DNA of 62,969 nucleotides, counting the filler. It is 8 parts of 8 records of this genome, joined end to end, with 100 filler letters (N's around TTAATTAATTAA, not from the genome) between each part and the next. Parts side by side here need not be neighbours in the genome. Positions count along the whole stretch, not along the records: positions 22,283 to 30,793 come from SRR31156797_8032; positions 30,894 to 37,066 come from SRR31156797_8040; positions 37,167 to 46,913 come from SRR31156797_8048; 5 more parts are not named here. One strand, written 5' to 3'. Shown in pieces: positions 28,270-38,344 of this stretch; the stretch's first letter is position 1; each line of letters starts with the position of its first letter. The notes under the pieces were generated by a model. It was not told where the DNA came from. It was given only the letters and a program-made list of their open reading frames with translations, and did no database searches. The position numbers were made by a program, and so were the translations under genes.

Positions 28270-28920
28270 ATGACTGAAGAATTTGTAAATAACTATAAAT
28301 ATATTGTAATTGAAGGAAACATAGGTTCAGGAAAAACAAGTCTTGCACATAGGATGTGTAATTTTTTTAATGCAAAAGGGATATTTGAGCAGTTTGTAGA
28401 TAATCCATTTCTCCCCAGGTTTTATGAAAACCCTGATCGATATGCTTTGCAGCTAGAGCTTAGCTTTTTAGTTGAGCGCTTTAGACAATTGAAAGATGAG
28501 CTGGAGAGTAGTTTGTTTCATAAATCGATGATAGCAGACTATTATCTGAAAAAATCTTTGGTTTTTGCAGCAGAAACTTTAGAAGAAGATGATTATAAGC
28601 TTTATTCTGGAATTTTTCATTCTATGTTTTCATCATTACCTAAGCCTGATCTATATATTTATTTGCATCAAAATACAGAACAGCTTTTGAAAAATATTGC
28701 ACATCGCGGAAGAACTTATGAAAGTGGTATTTCAAAAGAATATCTCCTTAAAATTCAGCAAAGTTATTTTCGATATTTTAAACAGGTTAATGATTTCCCG
28801 GTAGTAGTGGTTGATTGCGATAAGCTTGATTTTGTAAATAATAAAGCTGATTTCGAGAAAATGCTGTCAATTACATCAAAGGAATACAGGAAAGGTTTCC
28901 AATTATACGAATTTGAATAA
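28270..28920 (+). CDS. Deoxynucleoside kinase
   Basis: IEGNIGSGKT, NPFLPRFY and RGRTYE. Confidence 0.92.
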   Translation: MTEEFVNNYKYIVIEGNIGSGKTSLAHRMCNFFNAKGIFEQFVDNPFLPRFYENPDRYALQLELSFLVERFRQLKDELESSLFHKSMIADYYLKKSLVFAAETLEEDDYKLYSGIFHSMFSSLPKPDLYIYLHQNTEQLLKNIAHRGRTYESGISKEYLLKIQQSYFRYFKQVNDFPVVVVDCDKLDFVNNKADFEKMLSITSKEYRKGFQLYEFE

Positions 28921-28943
28921 TTCTTTAAGTAAAATCAAACATA

Positions 28944-30560
28944 ATGAATATGAGAACTTTATTTGTTTTTCTAGTTATCTTTTTTAGTCTAAATACCTTA
29001 ACGAATGCCCAGGAAAAAAATGATTGGGAAGGTGGTGTGCCTGAAGGTTGTACTTCAATTACTGTAGGTAAAAAAGCAAGCGCTGATGGTTCAGTTATGA
29101 CTTCACATACTGATGATAGTCACCGTACCAGAAGTTGGATGGACATTGTTCCTGCTAAAACCCATCCTAAAAGTGCAAAGTTTACGGTATATAAAAGAGA
29201 ATCTTATGATTCTTTAGCTATGCCAACTTATAAGCATACGCCCATTGGTACAATACCACAAAAAACGAAAACATATCAGTATATTAACACTGCTTATCCA
29301 TGCATGAATGAGCATCAATTGGCAATTGGAGAATCTACATTTGGAGGAAGAGATGAACTCTTTAGTGATAAATGTTTAATAGATTGCCAGCGATTATGTC
29401 AACTTATGTTAGAACGCAATACTACTGCCAGAGATGCCATAAAGATGGCGGGAGAATTATTGGCTGAGTATGGTTGGAGAGATTATGGTGAAGTGTTAAC
29501 CATAGCAGATAAAAATGAGGTTTGGCATTTAGAAATTGTTGGTCCGGGAAAAGGTAATGTGGGAGCTATTTGGGTAGCTCAAAGAGTGCCAGATGATCAT
29601 ATTGCAGTGAATGCCAATGCAAGTACGATTAAGGAAATTGATTTGGACAATAAAGATTTCTTTATGGCTTCTGACAATATTTATAGCTACGCTAAAGAGC
29701 AGGGTTGGTGGAAAGAAGGAGAAGTTTTCCGTTTTTGTGATGTATATGCACCTGAAAGTAGAAAATCAGTAGCTTCCCGCAGACGCGAGTGGCGTGTGTT
29801 TGATTTATTGGCACCATCATTAAAACTAGATCCAACTTCGGAGAATTATCCTTTCTCAGTGAAGCCTGATAAGAAAGTATCTGTGCAAGATATGCGTATG
29901 GTATTCTCTGATTACTACCAGGGAACACCATATGATATGCGTAATAATATTAAATCAACTGATAAAGATGGTAAAACGGTAATTTCTCCGTTGGCTAATC
30001 CATTTATGCCTTATGATCAATTAGAAATTCAGAATGTAAATGGCGGATGGTTTCATGTGAGTGATGATGGACATATTCGTTTTCTTGGAGAGCGTACAAT
30101 TGCTCGCTGGTATACAATGTATGCTACTATTATTCAATGTCGTGACTGGCTTCCGGATGATATTGGTGGTGTAGTATGGCTAGCTCAGGATAATGTAGCA
30201 TCTTCTGTATATATTCCGGTTTATTGTGGCGCCACTGACCTTCCTGAATCATATAAAACACCAGGTCGTCCGGATGGATTTACACGTAAATCGGCATGGT
30301 GGGCATTTAACCGTCTTGGAACATTAGCTGCTCAACGTTGGGGCGATATGCACAAAGATCTGGATGCAGTATGGAATCCGTTGCAAGAAAAGTATTTCAA
30401 AGAATTGAAAGAGACAGACATGAAAGCTTCAAAAATTAGAAGCAAAGAGGAACGACGTAAATTCTTAACCAACTATGTGATGGAAAAAGGAAATTATGTA
30501 GTACAAAAGGCATGGGAGTTGGGTGATTATTTGTGGACAAAGTATGATGAGAAATTCTAA
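28944..30560 (+). CDS. Peptidase C69 family dipeptidase
   Basis: Ntn Cys CTSITVGKKASADGS, MNEHQLAIGEST and WVAQRVPDD. Confidence 0.9.
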   Translation: MNMRTLFVFLVIFFSLNTLTNAQEKNDWEGGVPEGCTSITVGKKASADGSVMTSHTDDSHRTRSWMDIVPAKTHPKSAKFTVYKRESYDSLAMPTYKHTPIGTIPQKTKTYQYINTAYPCMNEHQLAIGESTFGGRDELFSDKCLIDCQRLCQLMLERNTTARDAIKMAGELLAEYGWRDYGEVLTIADKNEVWHLEIVGPGKGNVGAIWVAQRVPDDHIAVNANASTIKEIDLDNKDFFMASDNIYSYAKEQGWWKEGEVFRFCDVYAPESRKSVASRRREWRVFDLLAPSLKLDPTSENYPFSVKPDKKVSVQDMRMVFSDYYQGTPYDMRNNIKSTDKDGKTVISPLANPFMPYDQLEIQNVNGGWFHVSDDGHIRFLGERTIARWYTMYATIIQCRDWLPDDIGGVVWLAQDNVASSVYIPVYCGATDLPESYKTPGRPDGFTRKSAWWAFNRLGTLAAQRWGDMHKDLDAVWNPLQEKYFKELKETDMKASKIRSKEERRKFLTNYVMEKGNYVVQKAWELGDYLWTKYDEKF

Positions 30561-30563
30561 ATA

Positions 30564-30787
30564 GATATTGGATCATGGATAATAGGTCATGGATAATAGA
30601 TCATGGATTGGACACTGAGCGTAGTGTGTGGATATCAGTAGGCCATTGAGTGGCAAGTGTGTTGGGTTGTGCGAATCGAAATGGCCGGAATAGATATTAG
30701 ATCTTGGATATTTGAAAATGGATATTGGATAGTAGATCTTAGATCATTGACCTTCCCTGATTTGGACCCTGAGCCTGGTCGAAGGGG
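30564..30787. repeat. Heptamer (GATNNTR-like) tracts, each followed by a TTGGAC(A/C)CTGAGC motif
   Basis: Tracts at ~30564-30607 and ~30693-30750; motifs at ~30608 and ~30762 (CCCTGAGCCTGGTCGAAGGG). Confidence 0.55.
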
Positions 30788-30893
30788 AGTTGANNNNNNN
30801 NNNNNNNNNNNNNNNNNNNNNNNNNNNNNNNNNNNNNTTAATTAATTAANNNNNNNNNNNNNNNNNNNNNNNNNNNNNNNNNNNNNNNNNNNN

Positions 30894-31212
30894 AAAAGGA
30901 TTAAATCACGATGCATCAATAATGATCGCAAAAGATGCTTTAAGGCTTGCAACGCTAAACGGATCAAAAATTCTTAGAAATAATAAGATCGGCACTATTA
31001 AAAAAGGCATGGAGGCAGACCTTATCTGTCTTAATATGGACACTCCTCAGACCGTGAACTTCACGCACCATCCGTCAGCAACAGTTGTTTTCAGCTGTGA
31101 CCCGAGAAATGTTACAGGAACAATGGTTGCAGGCAAATTTCTTTATAGAGATGGGAATTTCTCAAAAGAGATAAATGATCTCGAGCATTTTTTCGAACAA
31201 ATAGAGGATTAG
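30894..31212 (+). CDS. Amidohydrolase C-terminus (MtaD/SsnA-like), 5' truncated
   Basis: ALRLATLNG...IGTIKKGMEADLI...TMVAGK. Confidence 0.8.
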
Positions 31213-31217
31213 CGGCA

Positions 31218-31763
31218 ATGAAAAGAGTAAAAAAGATGCTCCTTGTGGGTGCAACCGAAAAACATGCGGGAAAAACGACCCTCACAGAAAAAATAATAAA
31301 AAAGATAAAAACTTCCAGCTCAAATATAAAACTGGTAGCTGTTAAGATCACAATTCTAAGAGATGGGAAGCACTCCGTGAGTGGATTTAAAATTACAGAC
31401 GAAACTAAAAGAGATTCCGTTAAAGACACTGCAAGAATGCTAAACGCCGGGGCAGACAAAGTTCTGTGGCTAAGATGTGACGAATTTAACGCTGAAGACG
31501 GTATAAAAAAACTGCTTGATCAGATTCCTGAAAACGCCCTTATTGTTTGTGAATCCAACAGTGCAAGGAACTACATTGATCCGGGACTCTTTGTTATGGT
31601 CCGCAAAGAAAATGAAGGAAAAATAAAAGAAACAGCTCACAAAGTTCTTAACTATCCAAACATTGAGGTTCGAACTAAAATGATAAACGATAAAGTCGCA
31701 TATGAACCTGAAGTAGTTGAAATTCTTGAAGTCAGCTCTAGTGGATGGCACCTATCTCTATAA
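31218..31763 (+). CDS. P-loop protein (MobB-like hypothetical)
   Basis: GATEKHAGKTT, KDTARMLNAGA and VCESNS. Confidence 0.6.
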   Translation: MKRVKKMLLVGATEKHAGKTTLTEKIIKKIKTSSSNIKLVAVKITILRDGKHSVSGFKITDETKRDSVKDTARMLNAGADKVLWLRCDEFNAEDGIKKLLDQIPENALIVCESNSARNYIDPGLFVMVRKENEGKIKETAHKVLNYPNIEVRTKMINDKVAYEPEVVEILEVSSSGWHLSL

Positions 31764-31771
31764 GTTATATT

Positions 31772-32344
31772 ATGAAAAACAAAATACTTATAATCGACAA
31801 TCACGACAGCTTTACCTATAACCTCTATCAATTCTTTGCTGCGAAATGTGACTGTAAAGTAATAAAAAACGATCTATCTTTTGATGAGCTTAAAAAACTG
31901 AATTTTTCGCATCTTGTTATCTCTCCAGGCCCCGGAAGACCTGAAGATTCTAAATTATCTATTGAGGCTGTTAAGTTTTTCAAAGATAAGGTTCCAATTC
32001 TTGGAGTTTGCCTTGGAATGCAGCTTATGGCTTTTTTAAGTGGTGGCAAGATTGAAAAGCATCCCCCTGTTCATGGATCGACAGAAGAGATAAAGCACAT
32101 AAACTCAGGAATTCATGCAGGAATGCCTCAGAATTTTAAAGCCGCAAGATACAATTCTCTTTGTGTTTCAAATATTGATGAAAAAAAGCTTGAGGTCACA
32201 GCTCGTGGAAAAAGCGGATTTATAATGGGATTAAGAGATAAAGAACTCCCTCTTTTTGAAGGAGTCCAGTATCATCCTGAATCATTCTTAACAGAGAATG
32301 GAACCCATATCCTAGATCAGTTCATTAACAGCTTTTATAGCTGA
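31772..32344 (+). CDS. Anthranilate/aminodeoxychorismate synthase component II (TrpG/PabA)
   Basis: IIDNHDSFTYNL, ISPGPG, GVCLGMQ and QYHPES. Confidence 0.93.
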   Translation: MKNKILIIDNHDSFTYNLYQFFAAKCDCKVIKNDLSFDELKKLNFSHLVISPGPGRPEDSKLSIEAVKFFKDKVPILGVCLGMQLMAFLSGGKIEKHPPVHGSTEEIKHINSGIHAGMPQNFKAARYNSLCVSNIDEKKLEVTARGKSGFIMGLRDKELPLFEGVQYHPESFLTENGTHILDQFINSFYS

Positions 32345-32824
32345 ATCATAGTCAGGTTCTTCAGTTATTTCTTTAACGTACTCAACATGTTTTACAACAC
32401 CCTCTTTATCAACAACAACTATCCCGCGGGAAAGAAGTCGGAGTTCATCAATCGCAAACCCGTATTTAAGGCCGAAATCGAGTCCCACGTGATCTGAAAG
32501 TGTTATCTCCTTGTCTATTCCTTCGGCTGCACAGAATCTGCCTAGAGCGAAAGGAAGGTCACATGACACAGTGAGTATCTGCACATTCTCAAGCTTTACT
32601 GCTTCAACGTTGAATCTTCGTGTCTGGGCAGCGCAAACTGGTGTATCAATTGAAGGAAATATTGAAATTATTCTTACTTTTCCTTCAAAATCATTAAGCT
32701 TTACAGGTTCAAGCTTATTGTTTAACGCAAAAAAATCCGGAGCTTTATCGCCGACCTTTATTTCAGCTCCTGAAAGTGTTAGCGGATTACCACCAAAAGT
32801 AATTATTCCTGTTCTTTTTTCCAT
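32312..32824 (-). CDS. tpx: Thiol peroxidase
   Basis: FPSIDTPVCAAQTRRFN and SCDLPFALGRFC. Confidence 0.95.
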   Translation of the reverse strand: MEKRTGIITFGGNPLTLSGAEIKVGDKAPDFFALNNKLEPVKLNDFEGKVRIISIFPSIDTPVCAAQTRRFNVEAVKLENVQILTVSCDLPFALGRFCAAEGIDKEITLSDHVGLDFGLKYGFAIDELRLLSRGIVVVDKEGVVKHVEYVKEITEEPDYDSAIKAVNELI

Positions 32825-32937
32825 CGCTCTCTCCTTTACCAATATTAAAAAAGCATTTTAGACTCAGATGTCTGAATTAGAATATCAGCACAATCGTTTT
32901 GAAGTCAACCCATTTAAATAAAATATTTTAAAAAGAA

Positions 32938-34245
32938 TTATTCGACAGTGACCGTTCCGCTTCCAGCTGAGCTCTGCTGAGTAAGAATAACAGCAGTTGT
33001 AGCACCGGCTGCACCAAGAACAACAACACCGGTAATAGTCCAGAACCACCATGTTTTATACCAAGGTGTAGGCTTTTCGAGAACATTGAAAGTCTTAACG
33101 TTCTTTGATCCGGGAGCAACATAAACTTCAGTCTGAAGAGGCAGATAATCTTCATCATCAGCTCTAACTTTCAAATAGTATCTTCCTGGAACAAGACCCT
33201 CAGCAATATAATTGGGACTATCAAGAGCTGCCTCTGTTTCACCGAATTTAACTATTCCTTCCTTGATATTAAATGAAAAATCCACAGCACCAGGCATTGA
33301 TTTGTAGTCAACTCCGGCCAACTGAAAAGCTGCAAGTTTTATAGCATTTTGCAATTCACTTTCATCACCGTCATAAGATTCAAGAACACGGTTTACAACA
33401 TCGGCTTTTCTAACATCAATAAGCTGAATGCTGATAACGAAAGTGTCCTTAACTTTTCCAACAGCTCCAGTTACAAGCTTTGAAAGTCCAAGACTTGCGC
33501 CTATCTCAATAACACATTCCATGCTGTCAGTACATGCAACTTCACTATCAAGAGCAGCCTTTGAAAGCATCGCCTTAATATCATCCTGAGAAATAACGCT
33601 AATACCTTTGATCTGATTAAGTTGAGCAGAAAGAATGGAAGTCAGAGAATCCGCTGTAGTCTGTTCTATTCCTCTTGAAGCAAGCGGCATAACAGCAAGT
33701 TTGAGCTTCTCTCCCTCAGCCAGTTTAAACATCTGTTTAGGCTTTGAAATTCCAAGCAAAATATCAATTGCACCTTTGATTTTGGATTTTAAAGTTTTAA
33801 GATCTTCTCCTTCAACACTTATTCTTTTTCCAACTGTTTTATCAGCAACATTTATCGTGTTAATTGAAAGAATATACTCATCACCAAGTTTTGTGATCTT
33901 TCCTGCAAAAAGAGTTTCAACAGCAAGTTTTTTCTGAACTTCAATAAGACATTCATCGCTACCCTGGCACCCCATCTCAGCTTGAACAGATGTGGACTTG
34001 ACCACGTTTTTCATTTCGGCGCTCGTGACAACTGAAATATTCTCTCTGTTTCCAAGTTCAAGAACCATCGCTTCTTCAATAGATTTTGCCATAGCTTCAT
34101 CAACATCAGCAGCTTGAATCTTCTGAACAAGCAGCTTGATCTTTTCTGAACTAGCTTTTTTGGGAGGTTCCGCTTTTTTCTCACCCTCTGCAAAAACTGC
34201 AAAGAAATGAAAAAAGATCACGAGAACAAGAACAACGTTTCTCAT
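32938..34245 (-). CDS. Exported protein with two CsgG/TolB_N-like domains and a C-terminal membrane anchor
   Basis: Duplicated C..D.EC.IE...L...L..G.(I/V).K....(Y/F).(L/I)SI domain and PWYKTWWFW-TM end. Confidence 0.65.
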   Translation of the reverse strand: MRNVVLVLVIFFHFFAVFAEGEKKAEPPKKASSEKIKLLVQKIQAADVDEAMAKSIEEAMVLELGNRENISVVTSAEMKNVVKSTSVQAEMGCQGSDECLIEVQKKLAVETLFAGKITKLGDEYILSINTINVADKTVGKRISVEGEDLKTLKSKIKGAIDILLGISKPKQMFKLAEGEKLKLAVMPLASRGIEQTTADSLTSILSAQLNQIKGISVISQDDIKAMLSKAALDSEVACTDSMECVIEIGASLGLSKLVTGAVGKVKDTFVISIQLIDVRKADVVNRVLESYDGDESELQNAIKLAAFQLAGVDYKSMPGAVDFSFNIKEGIVKFGETEAALDSPNYIAEGLVPGRYYLKVRADDEDYLPLQTEVYVAPGSKNVKTFNVLEKPTPWYKTWWFWTITGVVVLGAAGATTAVILTQQSSAGSGTVTVE

Positions 34246-34246
34246 A

Positions 34247-34819
34247 TTACTCTCCTATTGCCTTTTTTATCACATTTTCAATTCTTTTAAGATCGTGAGA
34301 TTTCTCACCCTGAAACTTCTCAATTATATTTCCCTTTCCATCAATCACTATCAGACAGGGAAGCACAGCTTTATCTCCAAGATAGACAAGTTGATTTCTA
34401 TTGGTGAATCTGTCAAAAAGCACCGGATATTCAATCTTTTTTTCTTTAAGGATCTCAACACTTTTCTTAAACGTATCCGTAAATTTCTCGGAGTCTCTTC
34501 TAAAATTAACACTTAGAACCATAAGACCCTTATCTTTATATTTTGAGTAGAGATCCTGCAGCACAGGCAGCTCCTTTATGCAGGGTTTACACCAGTTTGC
34601 AAAGAAATTCAGAACTAGAACTTTCTTGGGTTCTTTTACATCTTTTGTTCCGACGTAATCTCCCAGCCAGATGAGACCTGAAAGTTTTCCCTTTTGGACA
34701 TCAACCTTTCTCATTCCAAAATCAACTATCTTATCTCCTTTTTTGACACCTGTCTTTTCATCTGCAAAAAGACTAAGGCTAAGGATTGCGATGAGCAACA
34801 ATATGCTTTTTCTAAACAT
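34247..34819 (-). CDS. TlpA-family thiol-disulfide oxidoreductase
   Basis: LNFFANWCKPCIKELP. Confidence 0.9.
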   Translation of the reverse strand: MFRKSILLLIAILSLSLFADEKTGVKKGDKIVDFGMRKVDVQKGKLSGLIWLGDYVGTKDVKEPKKVLVLNFFANWCKPCIKELPVLQDLYSKYKDKGLMVLSVNFRRDSEKFTDTFKKSVEILKEKKIEYPVLFDRFTNRNQLVYLGDKAVLPCLIVIDGKGNIIEKFQGEKSHDLKRIENVIKKAIGE

Positions 34820-36704
34820 CAGGATCTCCGTTTTCTACTTTAGTGTTTTCAATGCCTTCACAAGATATCTGCCAAACTTTCACTTTATTATCATATCCTT
34901 TAAGCTCAACTTCTCGACTTTGACCATCAGGTCTCATTTGAGCTTTTTCAATTGTCTTTTCTGAAACAAGTACCTGGCCGATCTCTGAACTTTTTTCAAG
35001 TCTAGCTGCCAGATTAACTCCTCTTCCGATTGCAGAATATTCAATATGACCCTTGCCACCGAGGTTTCCAACAAAAACTGTGTCAGTTGCAACACCTATC
35101 CTTATTTTCAATTCTCTACTAGTAATATCCTGCCATTCTTTTTGCATTTGGGCTACTCGTTGTTGCATTTTCAAAGCACACTTAAGGGCTTTTTGAGCGT
35201 GATCTTCAAACGGTTTAGGGGCTCCAAAAAGGATCATCAGCCCATCGCCGTTTATTTTGTCAACATAACCATTGTAATCAGCTGTTATTTTCATCATCTC
35301 ATCAAGATAGAATTCTAAAGATTTCATAATACTTTCTGCATTAAGTGAATTTGAAAGGCTTGTATAGCCAGCAATATCACTAAAAAGAATGGATATCTCT
35401 CTTCTTTGAGCAGAATCCTTTTTCAAACTCTCACCACCTGTATCTTTGAGCCATTTAAGGATCTCAGGAGAAACATAATTATCAAACGCATTTGAAAGCA
35501 CCTGATTAAAAAGAAAATACTTCCAACCTATGTAGGATGCTGAACCGATAAGCGTAAATAATAGTGGCAAGAGAGCTTTCATAGGAGGAATGACCCAGAG
35601 AGTGGATCTGAACACCAAAAAGCTCACGCCGTAAAAAAGCGGTATTGAAGTAGCTGAAGAAATAAGATAAAAGCGAGCTTGCTGAGTATAACCAACGATA
35701 ATGATAGAAATAATCGCAGAAAGGAGAAAAACGATCCACATTGTAAACTGCCTTATCTTTACATTATTAAGAAGAGCCTCAAGTCTGTTCGCATGAACAA
35801 AGACAAGGGGTTCCATGTTTCCGGAAGGCGTTGGGCCGACATCTTTAAGGGTTTTATCCGTAGCTCCTAGAAGCACATATTTTCCATTAATTCGTTGCTT
35901 AAGTTTTGCAAGTTGCTCTTCACTTTCTGTTGATGATATTACATCTGAGATAGAGATCGTGTCAAACTGCTCGGCTTTTCTAAAATACGGAACGACCTGC
36001 TCAAAACAGTCTTCCCTACTAGCTTTTAATCCTGACATTGCAAGTGCGAGGTCAGGTAAAACTCCATCAAAAACATTTTTACAGCTTAGAATTGTTCTGT
36101 TCACCCTATCGACTTTAGATGGGATAATATGAACATGAGCCACCTTTGGATGATGTTTTGCAACACCGGGAACCAGAGGCTGAATATAGCTGAACTTCTT
36201 TTCTTTCTTCTCTTCATTTGAACTTGGAATGCAGTTACAGCTTCCTAAGCTCTCTTTCGGAGTTGGAGGATAATGGTGGATCTCTTTCGGATCATATCTA
36301 AAATCTGTGTTGATATAACTTCCAAAGATAGTTCCAGTCTCAGCTCCAGTCTTACCAAGCAACTCTTCTTCTGCGATCATCTTTTTCAGCGTTTCCTCAT
36401 CAGAAGCCTCGTGTCTCGAATCAAAAAAAAGGTCAAATCCTATGCTCTTTGCCCCAGCTTCATTAAGTACTGAGATCAATGCAGCATACAGAGATTTATC
36501 AAGCGGCCAACCAAAAATACCTGTTGTATACTGATCAAGAGCAACAACAACAGTTGATGGCTCCTCACTTGTTTCATGAGTGATCATCATCCAGTCAAGA
36601 AAAGCAAAATCCAGTTTTTTCACCGCAGGAGTTTCTGTTAAAAGCATAGCTATAACAAAGAGAAGCGCTGCAATAGATAGTTTAGCGGATAGAGAGCTTT
36701 TCAT
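34812..36704 (-). CDS. CHASE2-domain class III adenylate cyclase
   Basis: CHASE2 (FGWP, IGFDLFF, HAN), three TMs, FSDIAGYT, DKINGDG and VNLAARLE. Confidence 0.9.
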   Translation of the reverse strand: MKSSLSAKLSIAALLFVIAMLLTETPAVKKLDFAFLDWMMITHETSEEPSTVVVALDQYTTGIFGWPLDKSLYAALISVLNEAGAKSIGFDLFFDSRHEASDEETLKKMIAEEELLGKTGAETGTIFGSYINTDFRYDPKEIHHYPPTPKESLGSCNCIPSSNEEKKEKKFSYIQPLVPGVAKHHPKVAHVHIIPSKVDRVNRTILSCKNVFDGVLPDLALAMSGLKASREDCFEQVVPYFRKAEQFDTISISDVISSTESEEQLAKLKQRINGKYVLLGATDKTLKDVGPTPSGNMEPLVFVHANRLEALLNNVKIRQFTMWIVFLLSAIISIIIVGYTQQARFYLISSATSIPLFYGVSFLVFRSTLWVIPPMKALLPLLFTLIGSASYIGWKYFLFNQVLSNAFDNYVSPEILKWLKDTGGESLKKDSAQRREISILFSDIAGYTSLSNSLNAESIMKSLEFYLDEMMKITADYNGYVDKINGDGLMILFGAPKPFEDHAQKALKCALKMQQRVAQMQKEWQDITSRELKIRIGVATDTVFVGNLGGKGHIEYSAIGRGVNLAARLEKSSEIGQVLVSEKTIEKAQMRPDGQSREVELKGYDNKVKVWQISCEGIENTKVENGDPDV

Positions 36705-36707
36705 TTC

Positions 36708-37066
36708 TTATTTACTGATCCTTCCCCAAAAGAACATTTCAGCAGTAGCACTTGCATCTGACTTTGTCTTATCACTGGCTTTTCTGCCTCCGACATGACT
36801 TGTCTTGATACTTCTTGAACTATTTTTCACCTTTCCTTTTTTGTTGGTTTTCTTTCTTGCCTGTCTAAGGATGTCAGATATCTTTTTCTTTGTTTCAGAC
36901 TCTTTTGAAGCCTCATCACCCATACCAAGGCCACCATTGTCAGAAAGCATAGAAATAACGTTTCCAGGAAGCATTGAGACCGCTTCAGAATAATTATTCT
37001 TGTTCATATTGGCATCAATTGTCTGCATATCACTTCTTTCAAGCGCGTCGTACATTGACATAACTG
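36708..37066 (-). CDS. Hypothetical protein, 5' truncated
   Basis: Open frame running from the contig edge to just upstream of the cyclase start. Confidence 0.5.
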
Positions 37067-37166
37067 NNNNNNNNNNNNNNNNNNNNNNNNNNNNNNNNNN
37101 NNNNNNNNNNTTAATTAATTAANNNNNNNNNNNNNNNNNNNNNNNNNNNNNNNNNNNNNNNNNNNN

Positions 37167-37866
37167 ACAGATAAAAAGGAAGGAAATTAAAAGTACTTGA
37201 AAAAACAAAAAAAGCACTGAAGGAAACAAAATAGATCCTCAGCAGTTCGGGCCGTTTTATCAGGTCGATAAAACCGGCGCGACCTTCCGGTTCCAGCGCG
37301 GCCCGGTTTTCTTTGGGCAGCCATAATGCGGCAGCCAGAATTGCCAGGGCAAGAAAAGCCGATGAACTCACAAAGGCATATCGCCAGTGAAGGGGAGGGT
37401 GTACCAATCCACCCAACAATCTGCCGCCCAGTCCGCCCACGACTGTCGCCGATACATACGATCCCATGACAACGTTAAGCCTGTTCTGCGGAAGGCTCTT
37501 GGCCAGGTATGCGGCCAGACAAGTTGTCAGTGAGGGAATAAACAATCCCTGAACGAACCGGGCGCTTACCAGGAAATATATACTTGAGGTCAGTGAGCAT
37601 ATAATACTGCAAGCCGCAACAACAAGACCGCCGACAACGATGATCGGCTTGATTGGGAGACGATCGGCCAGGCTGCCGAAAGGAAGGTTGGCCAATGCAA
37701 TGCCCAATACAACCATGGAAATTGTCAGTGACGCATGAGCCTCGTTGACGCCGAATTCATCAGCCAGTACCGGCAGGACGGGCTGCGTGATGTATATGCT
37801 TGTGAACGCCGCGGCGACTAGTGAAAAAACCAACGCCTGCAGGCCTATATCCTTGTTGTATTTCAT
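37167..37866 (-). CDS. MFS transporter (YnfM-like), 3' truncated
   Basis: YITQPVLP, GSLADR and GGLGGRLLGG. Confidence 0.88.
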
Positions 37867-38257
37867 GTTGAACTCGATTGAAATTATTGAGAAAGCTGTG
37901 AACCGGGTTTCCTCCGGCCGGAAAAATGAATAGAAAATGAAGTTGTAATTCTGGATGCTGGTGGAGTGGTGCAGTGTCGTATGTTCATGGCGTCGCTGGA
38001 TCCGGAAGATTCTGTTCCGGCCCTATAGTCTTTAATTTTATAGTCAGTTCCGCTCAAGCCTGGTCGGCTTTTCAACGGTTCAATTAGTTCATCCAAACTA
38101 ATCATAATTGCCGATCTTGAGCAAGTCAAACTGTGTATTACATTTTTTTGATTTATAGGTTGCCTGCTCAGGCTGAACCGGCGCCTTCTCCTTCATGTTG
38201 TTTTTCTTGATTGTCAGGCCTTTGGCGCATGGATTTCACTTTTCTGTAATTTATTTC

Positions 38258-38299
38258 TTGACGCAGGATATTATGTTTGTATATAAATATACAAACATA
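38258..38299 (+). promoter_or_regulatory. Promoter with overlapping palindromic operator (GntR/HutC-type candidate)
   Basis: TTGACG (38258) ... TATAAA (38282); 13-bp inverted repeat TATGTTTGTATAT-AA-ATATACAAACATA at 38272-38299. Confidence 0.7.
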
Positions 38300-38344
38300 C
38301 AAAACTGGTCGGTTGGATAATCATACCGTCTCAGCCTCAAAAGG

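Noticed and set aside
32312-32344. 33-bp convergent overlap of trpG/pabA and tpx
   Set aside because: Short 3' overlaps are common and imply no special mechanism.
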